Positions 20,103 through 32,130 of a stretch of DNA of 64,000 nucleotides are shown here, one piece after another (within the stretch, counting starts at the first letter, position 1; the number at the start of each line of letters is the position of its first letter). Source of the DNA: a virus (lineage: Duplodnaviria > Caudoviricetes); the IMG/VR virus record IMGVR_UViG_3300010429_002123; one strand, given 5' to 3'. The notes under the pieces were generated by a model. That model did no database searches, was not told where the DNA came from, and worked only from the letters and a program-made list of their open reading frames with translations. Both the position numbers and the translations under genes were made by a program.

Positions 20103-21040
20103 TACAGGGAAGGGTAATAAAAGTCTACCGGAAAAAAGACGGGAATTTCTTCGACGTTTTGCTTGATGAAGACAGAGTCTTTGTGGGAGTCAGATGTCCT
20201 CAGGATACCGAACTTTTCGGGGGAGAACTAATCTTATTAAGACTGGTACCCATAGGAAACACAAAGTTTCCCATGTTTACCGGGGTGCTTGAAAAGGGGG
20301 AACAAATACGTGGCTGTAGTGCAATACTTTGAAGGACCTCTTCTTGAGTGTCCGGGGTGTAATTTCAGTTTGCTCGCCTTACATATGGGTTTTCAAGCTC
20401 TTTATCAGACGAGTAATCAGATTGTTAATGCGGGCTGTGACGTAACCTGTGAAAACTGCGGAAGCTATTTAAGTATCTCCTATGAGTTTTCTGCAGATGC
20501 CTGCCATCAGGTGACCTTACTGGAGAAAGGAGAAGAGAGACATGGAAAATCTTGTAATTTGTGAGGACTGTAAACTTTCTCGAGAACTTTGCTCCTGTAT
20601 GTTGCGGTTTATGTGCTGTGAATGTAATGAGCCTATGGAAGAGTGTCTCTGTGCCCTGAGAAAGTTTGGAAAACTGTGTTCTAAAAAATGGGATGAAACC
20701 CTAAGGAAAAAAGGACTTATCCCTCACTCTGGAAGAGGTAAGTGTCATGACTGCGGGGTAAAACCAGGGAAGGAACATATTCCCGGCTGTGATGCGGAAA
20801 TTTGTCCTTACTGTGGAGGCCAGCTTATCTCCTGCGGGTGTATGAAGGAGGTTCTACATGAAGAATTCGAAATAATAAGAAAAGAGCATCGAAAAAGGAG
20901 TGGATTCTTTTGTGCGGAAACCTAACGGGATATAGAGACAGCGAAACCGAAGACATGATAAAAGCTCTGATTTTAGAGGATGCCCAACAGAGTGAGAGCC
21001 CTTCAAGAGCAGTAGAGACAATAGTTAACTTACGAAAGAG

Positions 21041-21664
21041 GTGCTACCTGTGACCGAAAAAATAAACAGACTCGAAGTACATCACCCCCTGTGTGACAGC
21101 CACGAGGGGTTTCCCTGTAACTTCCCCAAAGAGTGTAGAGTAAATTTTACCCTCAAATGCTCCATATGTGGTAAAGAAGAACAGTTCTTTACAAAACTGA
21201 AAGATGAAGAGCTCTTTTCCAACAGGGAATGCAAGAGTTGTGCCGTGTCTCGAACAGTAAGTAATTTTGTGCAAAACTTGGACTTGGCAGACCTTACACT
21301 GCTTACAAGTCCCTCTATGGAGGCAACCTGCGAGGGTAATCTCATATCCCCTAAATTTCAAGCAATGATTGACCATCATCAGCACCTGGTTGATTTACAA
21401 AATTATTTCGAGGACAGAATTATTCGGGGCTTGTGCCTGTCCCAAAACGGGCAAAAAACCGTACGACCCAGTAGTCTGGCTCTCTTAAGACAGCAGGCAG
21501 AGTTGTTTGAAAAACATATTCAATTATCGTGGGTGAGACGAGCCACTTTAGCAAGCGGGGGAAACATACTGTCTCTCACTCATGAAGAGGTAGTAAAGCT
21601 GGAGTTAGAATCTCGTCTGAGGGCAGAAAAAGCCTGTATATTAGTGAAAGAAGAGGAAAGCTAA
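21041..21664 (+). CDS. Zn-ribbon protein with EKAC C-terminal motif
   Basis: CSICG/CKSC; ends RAEKACILVKEEES. Confidence 0.6.
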   Translation: MLPVTEKINRLEVHHPLCDSHEGFPCNFPKECRVNFTLKCSICGKEEQFFTKLKDEELFSNRECKSCAVSRTVSNFVQNLDLADLTLLTSPSMEATCEGNLISPKFQAMIDHHQHLVDLQNYFEDRIIRGLCLSQNGQKTVRPSSLALLRQQAELFEKHIQLSWVRRATLASGGNILSLTHEEVVKLELESRLRAEKACILVKEEES

Positions 21665-21935
21665 GGTGAAAGAAAAACCAGACACGGAAGTTCTGAAAGC
21701 TATAACCTACCTGTTAGAATTAGGAAGAACATCGGATTACTCATTAGAGGACGAACAGCAAAGTATTTTAGATACTCTTCTGTTAAACACTTACTATGCG
21801 GTAAAAGAACATGACGAACGCAAGGAAGAAGAGACCAGACTTTTCTGTGAAAAACTGGGTATTAACAAAACCTCTATAGTCATAGAAGAGAAACACGTAG
21901 GGGAAAACCACTGATTGTTTTTTGTAAAAAACGTC

Positions 21936-21964
21936 TTGACAAGTTTGGCGTCCCGTGTTACACT
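21936..21964 (+). promoter_or_regulatory. promoter
   Basis: TTGACA-17-TACACT. Confidence 0.75.
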
Positions 21965-22005
21965 GAGATAAAAGAGAATGCTTAAAAAGTAGAGAGGAGA
22001 CCTGA

Positions 22006-22371
22006 ATGATTGTGAGTATAGAGCCCACGATTGAAAGAGTATTAAATGTAAATACGTATCTCAACGAGAGGGAGAAAAAAGTTGTTTTAGACCTGGTAAA
22101 GCTGACAGAACCTGGTAAGTTTATCTACCCGGAAGCCTGCCAGCGGAAAGGTGTTCCCCTGCACGCCAGTTCCTACGCTCTGGACAGGTTAAAAGAGAAA
22201 AACTTTCTACAGAAACTGTATGTTCCTTACTGTCTGGACTGCCACAGGTTTGTAGGAGACTTCAACACAATCTTCGAGGCTATATATGAACTGCCTTCAG
22301 ACATGGAGTGCCCACACTGTGATTCGGTAAATGTGGTTCCGAAAATAGTTTATAAAAAGCTAAGTAATTGA
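22006..22371 (+). CDS. hypothetical wHTH/Zn-ribbon protein
   Basis: CLDC...CPHC; GAGGAG RBS. Confidence 0.6.
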   Translation: MIVSIEPTIERVLNVNTYLNEREKKVVLDLVKLTEPGKFIYPEACQRKGVPLHASSYALDRLKEKNFLQKLYVPYCLDCHRFVGDFNTIFEAIYELPSDMECPHCDSVNVVPKIVYKKLSN

Positions 22372-22434
22372 AGTAAATAAACCCTGTTCCCAAGACAGGG
22401 TTTAAGAACGCTTTTAATTAAAAATCTTTTCATA

Positions 22435-22675
22435 GCATCGACGGAAAGTTAAAAATAAACGACAAATCCAGTCGTAGTCCTGAAGTTAACTTCTTTTTAG
22501 AAGTTTTTAGGACAAGGCTTAGAAAGTTTTCAGTGTGTTAGTCACTTAAAGAAAACGAGTAATTAAGCCAGTCTAACGGGTTTCTAAAGAAACATGGTTA
22601 GTTGGAAAGGATGGTAAAAATTCAATAATTGAATCCACCTCATAAATTTCTAAAGAAACATGGTTAGTTGGAAAG
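22435..22675 (+). CRISPR. cassette 6: scaffold plus mini-array
   Basis: Repeats 22580-22609 and 22646-22675; 36-nt spacer. Confidence 0.9.
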
Positions 22676-23870
22676 GAGTGCTGTGTGTGTCAGCCAGTCG
22701 GTGGAAAGGACGGGGGAATGGAGTGTGTGTAAAGCGGAAAGAATGATGAAACAATCTTATATAGAAAAGCGATATAAAAAAGAAAAGAGGTTTATAAAAG
22801 TATGGCCAGGCGGAAAAAAAGTTTGAAAGAATGTAGTTTTTGTGGGGTTTGCTATCAGGGCAGAACCTGTAAAAACTGCATGGAGTTGCCCGACTTCTCT
22901 ACGGAGGCGGACACTATCTGGTTTACTAACGTAGCCCTACGAGCAGTAGACCAGTCGTTTGTTATGGGGATAGTAGATTCTGAAGAAACTTATGCGACAA
23001 AGTTTTTTACCCTCCACAAAAAGCCGGAAAAATCTTATATGTCCCTGACGGTTTACCCATCAGTACCTAAAAGAACGGAGTCTTTAGACAGTCTAACCTT
23101 GACTTACTGTCTTGGAAACACGCAATCTTGCACCAGGAAAAAGATACATAACAGAATTTTAAATATCTTTAAAACTCTGGCTGAAGAGGGTATTGTGCGG
23201 GAGGGAAAGTAGCATGTCCCGTCCTGTCAGTGAGAAAACTTATGCAAGAATGAAAATGTATAATAAAAGTAAATGTGATTCGTGCCATGTTCCTCTCCCG
23301 AGGTATCATACAGATGACGGGTATACTCTTTTAGAGATAGAACTTCCTACGACAATCCTGATTTTTTGTAACGAAAAATGTTATAAGAGATGGAGAACGT
23401 CTGAAAGAGGGAAAGAGGTCTGAGTAGAGTTATGCTTAAGGTCAAAGTCACAAACGGAGTAATTTCTGTGAAGGGAGAAACCTCTCATGGGCAATATGTT
23501 GTTATGCGTACCTACTGGGGTAAGAGGTTTCGTTTACTCTTTGATATAAAGGAAAACACTCCCGCCGAACTTTACCAGAGTATACAGACCTTTTTGGCCA
23601 TGACGAAAACTGACTATCCAGTAAGAATAACTGTAGGTGATTCTTTTATATTTTGCAGTGGAAAGCTCTGCTCCTGGGACATGAGTCCTTACCCCTCTGT
23701 TCCGTGGTGTCATTGCGAGATAGAACTCGATGTTAAAGAAGAAGGAAGAGCTTCTTTGGAAGAAAGAAGAGGAGAGATGACCCCTACAAGTTTAGTTATT
23801 ACCGAAAAAGACTAAGGACTTCTTAAGGGGCGTTCATGAGAAGTCAAAAGCACAGAAAGGAAGAAGAATA

Positions 23871-24683
23871 GTGTTTACTAAGGTTCTTAAAAAGTTTGGT
23901 TTTGGTATCTGGTATCAAAACTTAAATGAGTGTAAGCAGACTCATAAGAAAGGGTTTCCCTGGCATGGGAGAGGTAGTCTTTACGAACAAAGTTCCACGG
24001 GACAGAGAAAATCTTTAGGGTTGGAATGGAGCCTATTCAATAAAAAGATAGCTTTAGGAGTTAGCAACTCTTTTGATTTCTTAGATAATGAAATAAAGTT
24101 TGGATTCAGAATACCGGGGTTTAGCTTGTGGTTACGTGCAGAGAATTTTATGCCTAAATCGTGGCTGAGAAAATGGGAAGAGGCCAGCAGGGAAACTTCT
24201 ATTTCCCTGTTCTATGAAGAAGACTCGAAAGAATGGTTTTTTTCCTGGGAACTCTGGTCAGATGACCTGGGTTGGTCGCAACAAAAAAGAAGCTGGTGGA
24301 GAAAGCAGTTCATAGGCTTAAATTCCCTATTTTGGGGGGAGGAAAAAGTTAAAATGACAACTTATAAGTCCTGTGAATTTCCCATTCCTCTACCAGAAGG
24401 AAACTATCCCGCAAAGATAGAACTCAAGGAGCGGTTAGGGAAAAGAAAAAGGTGGCCTTTTTCTCAAAAACATTTTTCTGCAGATGTGAAGTTTTTAAAA
24501 CCTATCCCCATACCCGGAAAAGGAGAAAACTCCTGGGATTGTGGGGATGACGCTTATTATGGCATGGGTTTCCCATGTAAAAGCGTGGAAGAGGCTGTGG
24601 GGCACGTTGTAACTTCTGTGTATCGAACACGCCTACGATACGGAGGGGAAAGATGTCTTGATTGGAGTGTGGAACATAGTTGA
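23871..24683 (+). CDS. Trp-rich hypothetical phage protein
   Basis: 270 aa; PGKGENSWDCGDDA motif. Confidence 0.65.
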   Translation: MFTKVLKKFGFGIWYQNLNECKQTHKKGFPWHGRGSLYEQSSTGQRKSLGLEWSLFNKKIALGVSNSFDFLDNEIKFGFRIPGFSLWLRAENFMPKSWLRKWEEASRETSISLFYEEDSKEWFFSWELWSDDLGWSQQKRSWWRKQFIGLNSLFWGEEKVKMTTYKSCEFPIPLPEGNYPAKIELKERLGKRKRWPFSQKHFSADVKFLKPIPIPGKGENSWDCGDDAYYGMGFPCKSVEEAVGHVVTSVYRTRLRYGGERCLDWSVEHS

Positions 24684-25693
24684 GAAAAGACTTCACAGTG
24701 ATTGAGCTGTTTGCCGGAGCCGGGGGCTTAGCTCTCGGGCTTGAACACGCCGGATTTAAAACACTGGCTTTAAACGAAAAGAACAAGTGGTGCTGTTCCA
24801 CCCTGAGAAAAAACCGTCCTAATTGGAATATAATAGAGAAACCCGTGGAAGAGGTCGTGTCAGAGGGTATAAAAAAGTATTTTCCGTTTGACAGTGTGGA
24901 TACTCTTTCTGGAGGTTACCCCTGCCAGTCTTTTAGCACGGCTGGGAAAGGTCTGGGCTTTGAAGACATAAGAGGAACAATGCTTTTCTACTATCTTCAG
25001 GTGTTAGAAGAGCTAAAGCCTCGACTCTGTCTTTTAGAGAACGTAAGGGGTCTTCTCTCTCATGACAAAGGTGCTACTATGAAAGTTACTCTTGATATGT
25101 TAGAAAAAGCGGGGTATTTTGTCACCCATAGTCTTCTCAATGCTGTAGACTTTAACGTGGGGCAGAGGAGAGAACGTGTGGTTATTGTAGGAATTAGAAA
25201 AGACTTACCAAAAGACATTTTTACTTTCCCGAAAAAGAGCGACAGAAAGCTCTCCTTACGAGAGGTTTTAAAAGACGTTCCTTCTTCTCCCTGTGCCCGA
25301 TACTCGGCGAAAAGGGCGAGAGTTATGTCTCTGGTTCCTCCGGGGGGTTACTGGAAACATCTCCCCGATGACGTAGCCAGAGATTACATGGGGGCAAGTT
25401 ATTTTTCCGGGGGAGGAAGAACAGGTTTAGCCCGGAAATTATCATGGGATGAGCCTTCCCACACACTAATGTGTAGCCCTTCTCAAAAACTGACAGAGAG
25501 ATGCCACCCGGAAGAAGTGCGCCCTCTCTCTATCAGGGAATATGCCCGGGTACAGAGCTTTCCTGATGGGTGGGAATTTTGCGGTTCCATGCAGGAGCAA
25601 TACAGACAAATCGGTAATGCTGTCCCTGTTAATTTTGCGAGAGCACTTGGACAGGCTTTGCTCTCCTCTCTTGAGAAAATAAATAAAGGTTAA
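24680..25693 (+). CDS. DNA (cytosine-5) methyltransferase, orphan
   Basis: FAGAGG, GYPCQ, ENV, Q.RER, QSFP and GNAV motifs. Confidence 0.95.
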   Translation: MRKDFTVIELFAGAGGLALGLEHAGFKTLALNEKNKWCCSTLRKNRPNWNIIEKPVEEVVSEGIKKYFPFDSVDTLSGGYPCQSFSTAGKGLGFEDIRGTMLFYYLQVLEELKPRLCLLENVRGLLSHDKGATMKVTLDMLEKAGYFVTHSLLNAVDFNVGQRRERVVIVGIRKDLPKDIFTFPKKSDRKLSLREVLKDVPSSPCARYSAKRARVMSLVPPGGYWKHLPDDVARDYMGASYFSGGGRTGLARKLSWDEPSHTLMCSPSQKLTERCHPEEVRPLSIREYARVQSFPDGWEFCGSMQEQYRQIGNAVPVNFARALGQALLSSLEKINKG

Positions 25694-25700
25694 AAATGGC

Positions 25701-25729
25701 TTGACAATTTTTACTACATCTGATATACT
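25701..25729 (+). promoter_or_regulatory. promoter
   Basis: TTGACA-17-TATACT. Confidence 0.8.
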
Positions 25730-25767
25730 TAATGGAAAGCAGAAATAAAGTTGAAAGGAGAATAATT

Positions 25768-26178
25768 ATGAGTCACTTTTGCAGTGTGAAAACGAAAATC
25801 ATGGACGAGGTGTGCCTCAGAAAGGCAATAGAAGACTGCGGTTATAAAGTCATAGAAAACACCGAGGTAAAGAGTTATGAGGGAGAAAAACAGAAAGTAG
25901 ACTTCGCTCTTGACCTAAAAAGCAAATATGGCGTGGGTTTTAAACAGACCCAGGAAGGCTTTACCGTAGTAGCTGACTGGTGGGGCGTGGGCACGGAAAG
26001 GATAAAGGTTCCCACCAAAAAAGAAGAAAACATGAGGGAAAACACCTTTATGGAAGGCATAAACCAGAGGTACGCCTACAGAAAGACTCTCTCTGCCCTT
26101 GAAGAGCAGGGATTTACTCTCGCCGAAGAAACCCTCGGCGAAGAGCAGGAGATATGTCTTACTGTAAGACAGTGGTAA
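25768..26178 (+). CDS. DUF1257/Ycf35-like protein
   Basis: MSHFCSVKTKI...GF...VADWW...Q.YAY...GF. Confidence 0.75.
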   Translation: MSHFCSVKTKIMDEVCLRKAIEDCGYKVIENTEVKSYEGEKQKVDFALDLKSKYGVGFKQTQEGFTVVADWWGVGTERIKVPTKKEENMRENTFMEGINQRYAYRKTLSALEEQGFTLAEETLGEEQEICLTVRQW

Positions 26179-26664
26179 GACACCTGTAAGTCCGTGTGGG
26201 GAAGTATAAGAAGTCTCGACCAAGAAGAAGAGGTAGAAATAGAAATTCTAAATTGGAATCTACGAAAGGAAATACAGAGAACTCCTGGAGTAATGTCCAA
26301 CGTCACGCTTTCTCCTCCTCGTTTCGTCGAGACTTTGTTTATAGAGTTCTTTCTAGCGAAAGCAGGCCACTCTGCCAGTTTGTCTCTCTTGCACAGACAG
26401 GCTTACTACGAACAAAAAACCTTATGGGTTAGTCTTCTTAGTAAACAATTTTTTGAGGGCACGCTGACAAGTCACAGCGTGAGTATGGGAATGGGTAGAA
26501 CCCCCATCTACTCTTTTTCTCTCCTCGGAATGAATACTTCAGGGATTACAGGGTGGGATTACCAAGAAAAGCAACGACTGCTGGAAGAAAGATGTGTTTC
26601 CTTGGGCTTAAATCTAAACTCAGTATCTATAATAGAAATAGAAAGAAAAGAGGAATAATAAGAT

Positions 26665-27171
26665 ATGTATCACATAAAAATAGGTGAGCCCTATATTGAG
26701 AATCACAAAAATTGTTATAAGAAGCACGGAATTACTGAGTGCAGTATAAACGTAAAAACTATTAAGATGCGAGGCTCCCCTGTGTATGGATTTTTAGAAG
26801 CCTCTGAAGGTAATACCCGAAGTCCGGGGTATACTCAGATGAAAATCTTTGCCCAGGAAACGGGGCTGTTTGACTTCTTTTTTGACAGGGATAAAGGGCT
26901 CCTGAGAAGAATCCCCGGAGTCTTTCCCATCATGAAGGGACACTTGAAAAGCCTGACAAAGGCGAGAGAAAACTGGGAAAAGACTCACCCGGACTGTAAA
27001 AACCTTCTCCCCTCACCCAGCAAAACCCCTGAGGATTACCAGATGGACGACCCGCGTTATACAGAGCTTGAACAGAGTTTTGATTGGAACTACGCAAAAC
27101 TCCTCTGGTATGAATGGTGGTTTGAATGGGCTTTAGAGAACTGTCATATGCCCGTAATCTGTAATTATTAG
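26665..27171 (+). CDS. hypothetical phage protein
   Basis: N.RSPGY and L.W.EWW..WAL.NC..P motifs. Confidence 0.6.
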   Translation: MYHIKIGEPYIENHKNCYKKHGITECSINVKTIKMRGSPVYGFLEASEGNTRSPGYTQMKIFAQETGLFDFFFDRDKGLLRRIPGVFPIMKGHLKSLTKARENWEKTHPDCKNLLPSPSKTPEDYQMDDPRYTELEQSFDWNYAKLLWYEWWFEWALENCHMPVICNY

Positions 27172-28288
27172 AGTTCAGGAGGTTTGTAACTATGGGAATT
27201 AGTATCGAGTTGCCTTTATCAAAAGAAGCGTTTGAACTCCTAAAAACCTTACCCCCAACCCTTTTGACTTTAGAAAAGATATGCGAGGAAGAACGAAGAG
27301 ACTCTGACATCTTTTTTATAGAATATTTTCTTTACTCTTGTCTTAGCCCAGAGGAGGGTTGCTGGCATAGACCTCGATATGTCACGAACCCCTTACTTAC
27401 AAACACACATATGACAAATGAATTTCCCTCTCTCGACCAAGCCCGTAATGCTCTTTATTGCACGGAATGTCGAACAAAGTGGCCTTTTCGCGTGACGAAG
27501 TTTAAAAACAGCCAAGTGTCCTCTTACAATGGGGCGTTTTATTCCTCTATAGGGAAAAAGATTTCTTTTCCAGGAGAGATTGTTTATAGAAACTCTCAGC
27601 CTTTACCGGAAGGGGGTGTTGATTAATGGCCATGTTTTTACTCCGTCCCCCTGGCGAAGAAAAGACTGCGGAAAACGTGCAGTTCGAGCCTGATATTTAT
27701 ATCCCCATGTCACACAAAACGCGAGTAACTTCTATATACCCGACGTCGAGATGTGAAAGTTGCGGGGCTAAAGACTTTAAATTTGATAAAACTATAGGTG
27801 CGTATAGATGCGAATATTGTCAAAGTGTTATCCCTGTTCGATGTTAAAAATGAAAGGAGAGTGTAACATGCATTGCTCGTTATTAGATGAAAAGTAAAAA
27901 GTATCATACCTTTGCTGTGCTTACAGAAAATAATTGCTGGTATGAGCTTTTAGAGTCAGATATAGAAATCAAAAGAAACGAAGGAGAAGAAGCCTACAAA
28001 CGTCATAAGGACTTTCTGGAGCAGGAATGGCTAAACTTTTTCTATAAGACACTGGAAGAAGCCTCCCCGGATGACCTGTTGACTGTCGTAGACTACAAGG
28101 GGTAAGATGAAAAAGGAAATAGTAATTCAACAAGACCTGAATCTTCAGAAAACATATAATGAAGGTTTTTTTGCGGGAGCAAAATTTATGTTCCAAAAAT
28201 TCTATACTTTTATGAAAGACGGAGGAAATCTCGTGGAGTTCAGAGAAGACGCCATAATCCTGGGAGTAGAGAGGGGTGACGAAAACAA

Positions 28289-28888
28289 ATGAACATTTTT
28301 TTCACGGCTGACAGCCATTTTTTTCATAAAAACATTATTTCCTACTGTCAACGCCCTTTCAAATCAGTTGAAGAAATGCACAAAGTACTGATAGAAAACT
28401 GGAACAAAGTAGTAGGAAGAAATGACCTTGTCTACCACCTGGGGGATTTTGGCATGGGTAACATCTCTGATTTGCAAAAGCTAAGAGAGAAGCTCAACGG
28501 ACAGATAGTTCTTATCGCCGGAGGACATGATAAAGCTATAGTAGCCGACCTTATAGCAAGTGATTACATGTTCCTGAAAATAAGGCACCTGCTGACTCTT
28601 CAAACTTCCATAGGTAAAATTGTTCTTTGTCATTACCCCCTGAGGGTATGGGATTGTTCTCACTACAATAGCTACCACTTATTCGGCCATTGTCATGGCT
28701 CTCAAAAGACGTGGGGAAAGTCTTATGACGTCGGTGTAGATACTAATAACTTTACTCCTCTATCTCTCTCGGAGATAAGTAACATCATGAAAGACCTGCC
28801 GGATAACCCTAACCTTTGTAGGGGTCGGGAAGTGTCTGAAGTAATAGAAAGGCACAAGAATTATGCACAGACGACTCAACCTGCGTGA
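28289..28888 (+). CDS. calcineurin-like metallophosphoesterase
   Basis: ADSHF.H, HLGDF, GGHD, HYP, GHCH. Confidence 0.9.
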   Translation: MNIFFTADSHFFHKNIISYCQRPFKSVEEMHKVLIENWNKVVGRNDLVYHLGDFGMGNISDLQKLREKLNGQIVLIAGGHDKAIVADLIASDYMFLKIRHLLTLQTSIGKIVLCHYPLRVWDCSHYNSYHLFGHCHGSQKTWGKSYDVGVDTNNFTPLSLSEISNIMKDLPDNPNLCRGREVSEVIERHKNYAQTTQPA

Positions 28889-29776
28889 ACTGCAGGAAAT
28901 AGCAGAAGACGTAGGAATAGAAAACATTGAAATGCGTGTGGTTTCAGACCCGGAGAAAGACTGGGAGGCACATTTATTAAAACTTCCAGAGGTGATGCAG
29001 TGGCTTCTTCTCCGAGATAAAAGGTGGGCAAGATTTTTAAAAGAGGAATTTTTCTTCAAGTTCTTTCGCCCTGTGTTCTGGATACGAATAAAAGGGGAAG
29101 AAATGGAAAAGGAAGAGCTGGAAGCCTGGGAAAACCTGCCCCTTTACCGAAAGGAGAAAGAACATGAGGTGGAAGTGTAGATGTGACAAATGCGGGGAAC
29201 TTTTTACAACCTCATGCTGGACAAGAGAGAAGTGTAAGTGTCAGCAAGAAGAAGTAGAGACTCTTTCCGCAGAGGGGTTCGTGGAGGCGTTGAAAAACTT
29301 TCAGTTCCCCGAAGTAAAGAGAATAAAGCCCACCCTGCTTGCCGATGAACTTGTAGGCTGTAAGCCTCTTCAGGAACTTTCAGAGTTTAATCTTAAAAAG
29401 TCGAGAGAGGAGGTGTGACTCGTGAAAAAAGCCCAACCTTTTCGTCTTATATACCCTGAAGTCCTGTGCCCTATTTGTGGAAAACGGGCAGAAAGAGACC
29501 CGGGAGGAGAAATTGAGTTTCTTAAAGGAATCAGACTCAAATACAAATGCTGTGGGATAGTGATAAAAACAGAGTATGTGCTCTCCGACTGTGATACGGA
29601 CATTCCCAGATGGAGTTTTTCTAAACTCAGGGAAGGCAGTGAGGCGGAAAAAGCCGAAGCTACGTGGAAAAACCTGACACAAGCTATATTTAAAGCCGTT
29701 TTTTAAAAAGTATGAGGGAAAGACGCAAAGAAAAGAGAGGAAAAAGTGGAGGATAGAGAGGGGAAAGACACAAGAG

Positions 29777-30793
29777 GTGAATCGAAAAGACATTGAGTAC
29801 GTACTGGATTATCTTGGGTGTAAAGATACGATTGTAAGAGGAGACACTATTACATTTAGTTGTCTGCTGGCAAAGTATGAACCAGCACATTTTGGTTCAG
29901 ACAGAAGACCGAGTTGTAATGTAAAAATCACAGATGGGATAAGCCCGACTTACTGCTTTGCCTGTGGTAAGCACGGAGGACTCCTAAAATACATGTGGAA
30001 ATATTGTGGATATGCGGGGTATAGTCAGGCACAGATTCAGTATCTAAATGATTTTATTCTCTGTGCTGAAGACACTTTATTGCAAGACTTGCTGGGCAAG
30101 CCAATTAAGAGAGAGCCTGCAGTCGAAGAAAGGCTTCTCGATGCTCTCGGTAATTTCGAATACTGTTATGAGTTTAAGAAAAATGATGAGTTAAGGTTGC
30201 TTGGGAACGAGTCCTGGTGGGAATTTTGGCAAGTTGGAGGAAAGGACGGGAGAGTTCTGTTTCCTCTTATAGAAAAACGTTCGGGGGATATAAAGTTTGT
30301 GCAGGGAAGACTGATGAAAGACAACATGGAGGGACCAAAGTATAAAACCTACCCAAAAGGTGCCTCTATAAGTAAGTATCTCTTCGGGGAACATATGCAC
30401 ACCCCTCAAAAAACTACAGGAATAATAATGGAAGGTATAGTAGACACGATAAACACCAATTACCTTCTAGAAAAAGAGAAGTTTCATGACACTCTGGCCG
30501 TGGGACTGATGGGAAAAAACGCTTCGGACGCCCAGGTAACAAAGATAAAATCTTATTTCCAAAAGGTTATTCTTATGCTTGATAATGACCCTCCGGGAAG
30601 AACGGGGGCTTATACTCTGGAGCACAAACTTAAAAATTCCATGATAACATATGGTGTAACTTACCCGGAAGGTTTTAAAGACCCGGATGACTTATGTCAT
30701 TCAGACAGGCTGTTTGAGGTGCTTTCTACTAAGGAGACACACTTCGAAAGAACCTTGAAGGCTCTTGTTTCCCGGGCAGTTGCAAAAAGTTAA
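29777..30793 (+). CDS. DNA primase (Zn finger plus TOPRIM)
   Basis: CFACG, MEG..D, LDNDPPG, KDPDD. Confidence 0.85.
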   Translation: MNRKDIEYVLDYLGCKDTIVRGDTITFSCLLAKYEPAHFGSDRRPSCNVKITDGISPTYCFACGKHGGLLKYMWKYCGYAGYSQAQIQYLNDFILCAEDTLLQDLLGKPIKREPAVEERLLDALGNFEYCYEFKKNDELRLLGNESWWEFWQVGGKDGRVLFPLIEKRSGDIKFVQGRLMKDNMEGPKYKTYPKGASISKYLFGEHMHTPQKTTGIIMEGIVDTINTNYLLEKEKFHDTLAVGLMGKNASDAQVTKIKSYFQKVILMLDNDPPGRTGAYTLEHKLKNSMITYGVTYPEGFKDPDDLCHSDRLFEVLSTKETHFERTLKALVSRAVAKS

Positions 30794-30812
30794 CTTATTT
30801 TTACAAAAAGTA

Positions 30813-30841
30813 TTGACATTTATTTTCCTCCGTGTTACAAT
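30813..30841 (+). promoter_or_regulatory. promoter
   Basis: TTGACA-17-TACAAT. Confidence 0.8.
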
Positions 30842-31587
30842 GTTTTTAGTGAAAGAACTAAAAACGAAACGGAGGAAAAGAAAATGATGAAAAGTGAATT
30901 CGAGAGATTAATAGGGAAAGAAATTTCCCAAGAAAACTACAAAGTGGTGGAGACAGTATACGCCCACCACTCTCTTATTTCAGACGTGGAGGGCAAAAAA
31001 CAGGTAGAGAGCCTCTATAATCAGTTTGGTCTGGGTATATTCCACGATATGTTACCTCACGCCGAAGCACAGATGGAACTCGACAGGTCTATCAGAATGT
31101 TCAAAAATATGTTAGATGAAGAGACCCGTCACGAAACCCTTCAGGAAAACACTGTGAGGTTTCACGAGGAGCTTCGAAAAGAAGTTTCCCTTGAAAAGAG
31201 ACCGGAAATCACCAGAAAACTCGCTACAGCAGAAGAAGGTCTTCTCAAAGCTCAAAAAGAAAGAGCCCGACTTGAAACCCTTTTAAACGAGTGTGTAAAC
31301 CTTAAAAAGGCTCTTACCTCAAGAACAGCGGGAGCTTACGACGTGAAAAAGCACGCTATAGCCCTGAGACAGGCCGAAGTAGACCTCGGAACTATAAGGA
31401 AAGAATGTGCTTTCTAAAAACAAAAAGGAGGTTACTTATGGATAACTTATTCGTACACCTCTTGGTAAGAGAACATGCCCGTGAACAAATAAGGTGCACA
31501 ACTTTTCAAAGACCACCCACAGGACTGTTACTCAGAGTTCTCCTGTGGAATTTGCAAAAATAAATAGAGGAAAAAGGAGGATATAAC

Positions 31588-32130
31588 ATGAAGAGCACAG
31601 TAAGTGTGAAATCCCTGCAAGAAGAGATAAATGCCTGGGAAGAGACAAAAGAGAGGTTTTTCAGAGGAAAAGACCAGTTTATTGCTTCAATGGAGATAGC
31701 ACGTCTGGAGAAAGAAAAAGCTATACTACAGGAGATTAACCGTCTGAAAAAAGAGTTAAAAACTTCAGATGAGCGAACACCTATTACCTCAAACTGGAAG
31801 GGTTATGAGTATATAGAAAGAGCTATAAGAATAGCAGAAGAGGCCGGAGTAAGTGTGATAATACACGGTGTAAAAGACACTCCTGCTATACACTTGAGTC
31901 TGCCTCTCAAAAGAGAAAAAAAGTCATACCCTCTCGATACTTCCCTCTGCCCAGACGGGAGAAAACTTCTGGCCTTTGCCGAAGAAAAACTGAGTCTTAC
32001 AGAGGAAGATAAAAAGCACGTCCTTTCTCTTTCTGTAGCTATAGCAACTCTTTCGAGACACTCTAAAATAGAGTTAGAAGACCTGGCTGAAGCTATTCAG
32101 TATGAGAGTTATAAAAATGAGTATGTATGA
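31588..32130 (+). CDS. protein with ChlI/ComM-like C-terminal AAA lid
   Basis: IATL....I...DLAEAIQY; no intact Walker A. Confidence 0.5.
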   Translation: MKSTVSVKSLQEEINAWEETKERFFRGKDQFIASMEIARLEKEKAILQEINRLKKELKTSDERTPITSNWKGYEYIERAIRIAEEAGVSVIIHGVKDTPAIHLSLPLKREKKSYPLDTSLCPDGRKLLAFAEEKLSLTEEDKKHVLSLSVAIATLSRHSKIELEDLAEAIQYESYKNEYV